Source of the DNA: Octopus vulgaris
Lineage: Eukaryota
Assembly (NCBI GenBank): GCA_951406725.2
Contig: OX597818.1
Location: 30,132,001-30,196,000 of the forward strand
DNA length: 64,000 bases
Direction: 5' to 3'
Positions 63,027 through 64,000 of the stretch are shown piece by piece. How positions within the stretch are numbered: the stretch's first letter is position 1; each line of letters opens with the position of its first letter. The position numbers and the translations under genes are program-made. The notes beneath the pieces were generated by a model. It was not told the DNA's origin. It worked only from the letters and a program-made list of their open reading frames with translations, and did no database searches.

Positions 63027-63582
63027 GAGTGAGAGAGCAGTGCATGCCATCAAAGTGACACTGGGGTAAAATATACAAAGCCCAGTATACCCATTATGAC
63101 TACCCGTCTGATAAGGGTACACCAGGCACATGCATCAGAACCATATGTGCGCGACATGGTGATCTCATATCAAGATAAACAGCGCATGACCTTGCAGGTG
63201 GGGCCCAGTTAAAATTTTCTTCTGGTTGAATAACCCATCCCGCTCAAAAGGTCTCTGAATAAGGGTCGTTTAAGGATGTTGAACAAACCACCCATGTTTT
63301 CAAAGGTGAATTATCTAAACCTCTAAGAATTCCTTTCAACACATGGCTATGATGCTCACACACTACTTCTGCTCATGATCAGAGATGCACATATCGCCAG
63401 CCACTAAAGGACATGCTCAACTGGTTATGGTCAAACAACTGACAAGCAAATCTGTGGTATTGAGCAGAATATTTGCTGTAGCTCATCTTTTATATCAAGA
63501 CAAAACAATGTACATGACAACACTTCCAATCAGTTAAGATCAGAAGCCACAAGAGCCACTGCCTGGTACTGCATTAGGGCAT
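63027..63582 (-). mobile_element. Non-coding ~555-bp element embedded in (ATT)n
   Basis: More GC-rich than its surroundings, (ATT)n on both sides, no long ORF and no tRNA boxes seen. Confidence 0.5.
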
Positions 63583-63595
63583 ATTATTTTTATTG

Positions 63596-63649
<54 letters not shown>

Positions 63650-64000
63650 GGGTAGTGGATTGATAGAGCCATTAGAACATTGAACAAAATATCTTGCAGT
63701 TTTTATTCTAGCACTTTGTGTTTTGAGTTCAAATCCTGCTTTTATCACCCCATTGTTGATAAAATAGAGTACCAGTAAATTGACTAACCTTAAATTTCTG
63801 GCCTTATTGTGCCTATGTTATAAATGATTATCCTTAGTGAGTAGTTCTAGTCTCTCTATATGAGTAATCTTCAAGACTCACTGTAAACTTTGTAGTTTAT
63901 AAATTTATTTTCTTCCAGAGACTTTTTGCTGCTTTATCTGAAAATAATCAACAGCTGTCTCTGATGTGTTATTGGAACCACTTTGACTATTTTTGCCATA

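Overview
AT-rich eukaryotic genomic DNA made almost entirely of transposable elements and microsatellites. The SINE and RTE families resemble those of octopus (coleoid cephalopod); this is inferred from family resemblance, not from a marker gene. I cannot support a complete host protein-coding gene. A CpG-retaining region at ~12.6-16.6 kb, with a strong splice donor after 15833, looks like a promoter and first exon, so much of the window may be one large intron. The main feature is a young, nearly intact RTE LINE (51698-57502). It encodes APE endonuclease plus RT with a PHD-type finger inserted inside the RT, is broken only by a 2-nt loss in an (AG)n run, has 55-bp 5' monomers, and ends in a 2.2-kb hierarchical 3' array of hairpin repeats. 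Around it are several decayed RTE copies, R4/Dong-, HERO-, CRE-, CR1- and Penelope-type fragments, Tc1, mariner, hAT, piggyBac-MITE and Helitron/Helentron remnants, several tRNA-derived SINE families, a candidate minimal hammerhead ribozyme (30996-31084, minus) and several long hairpins. Boundaries of decayed elements are approximate.
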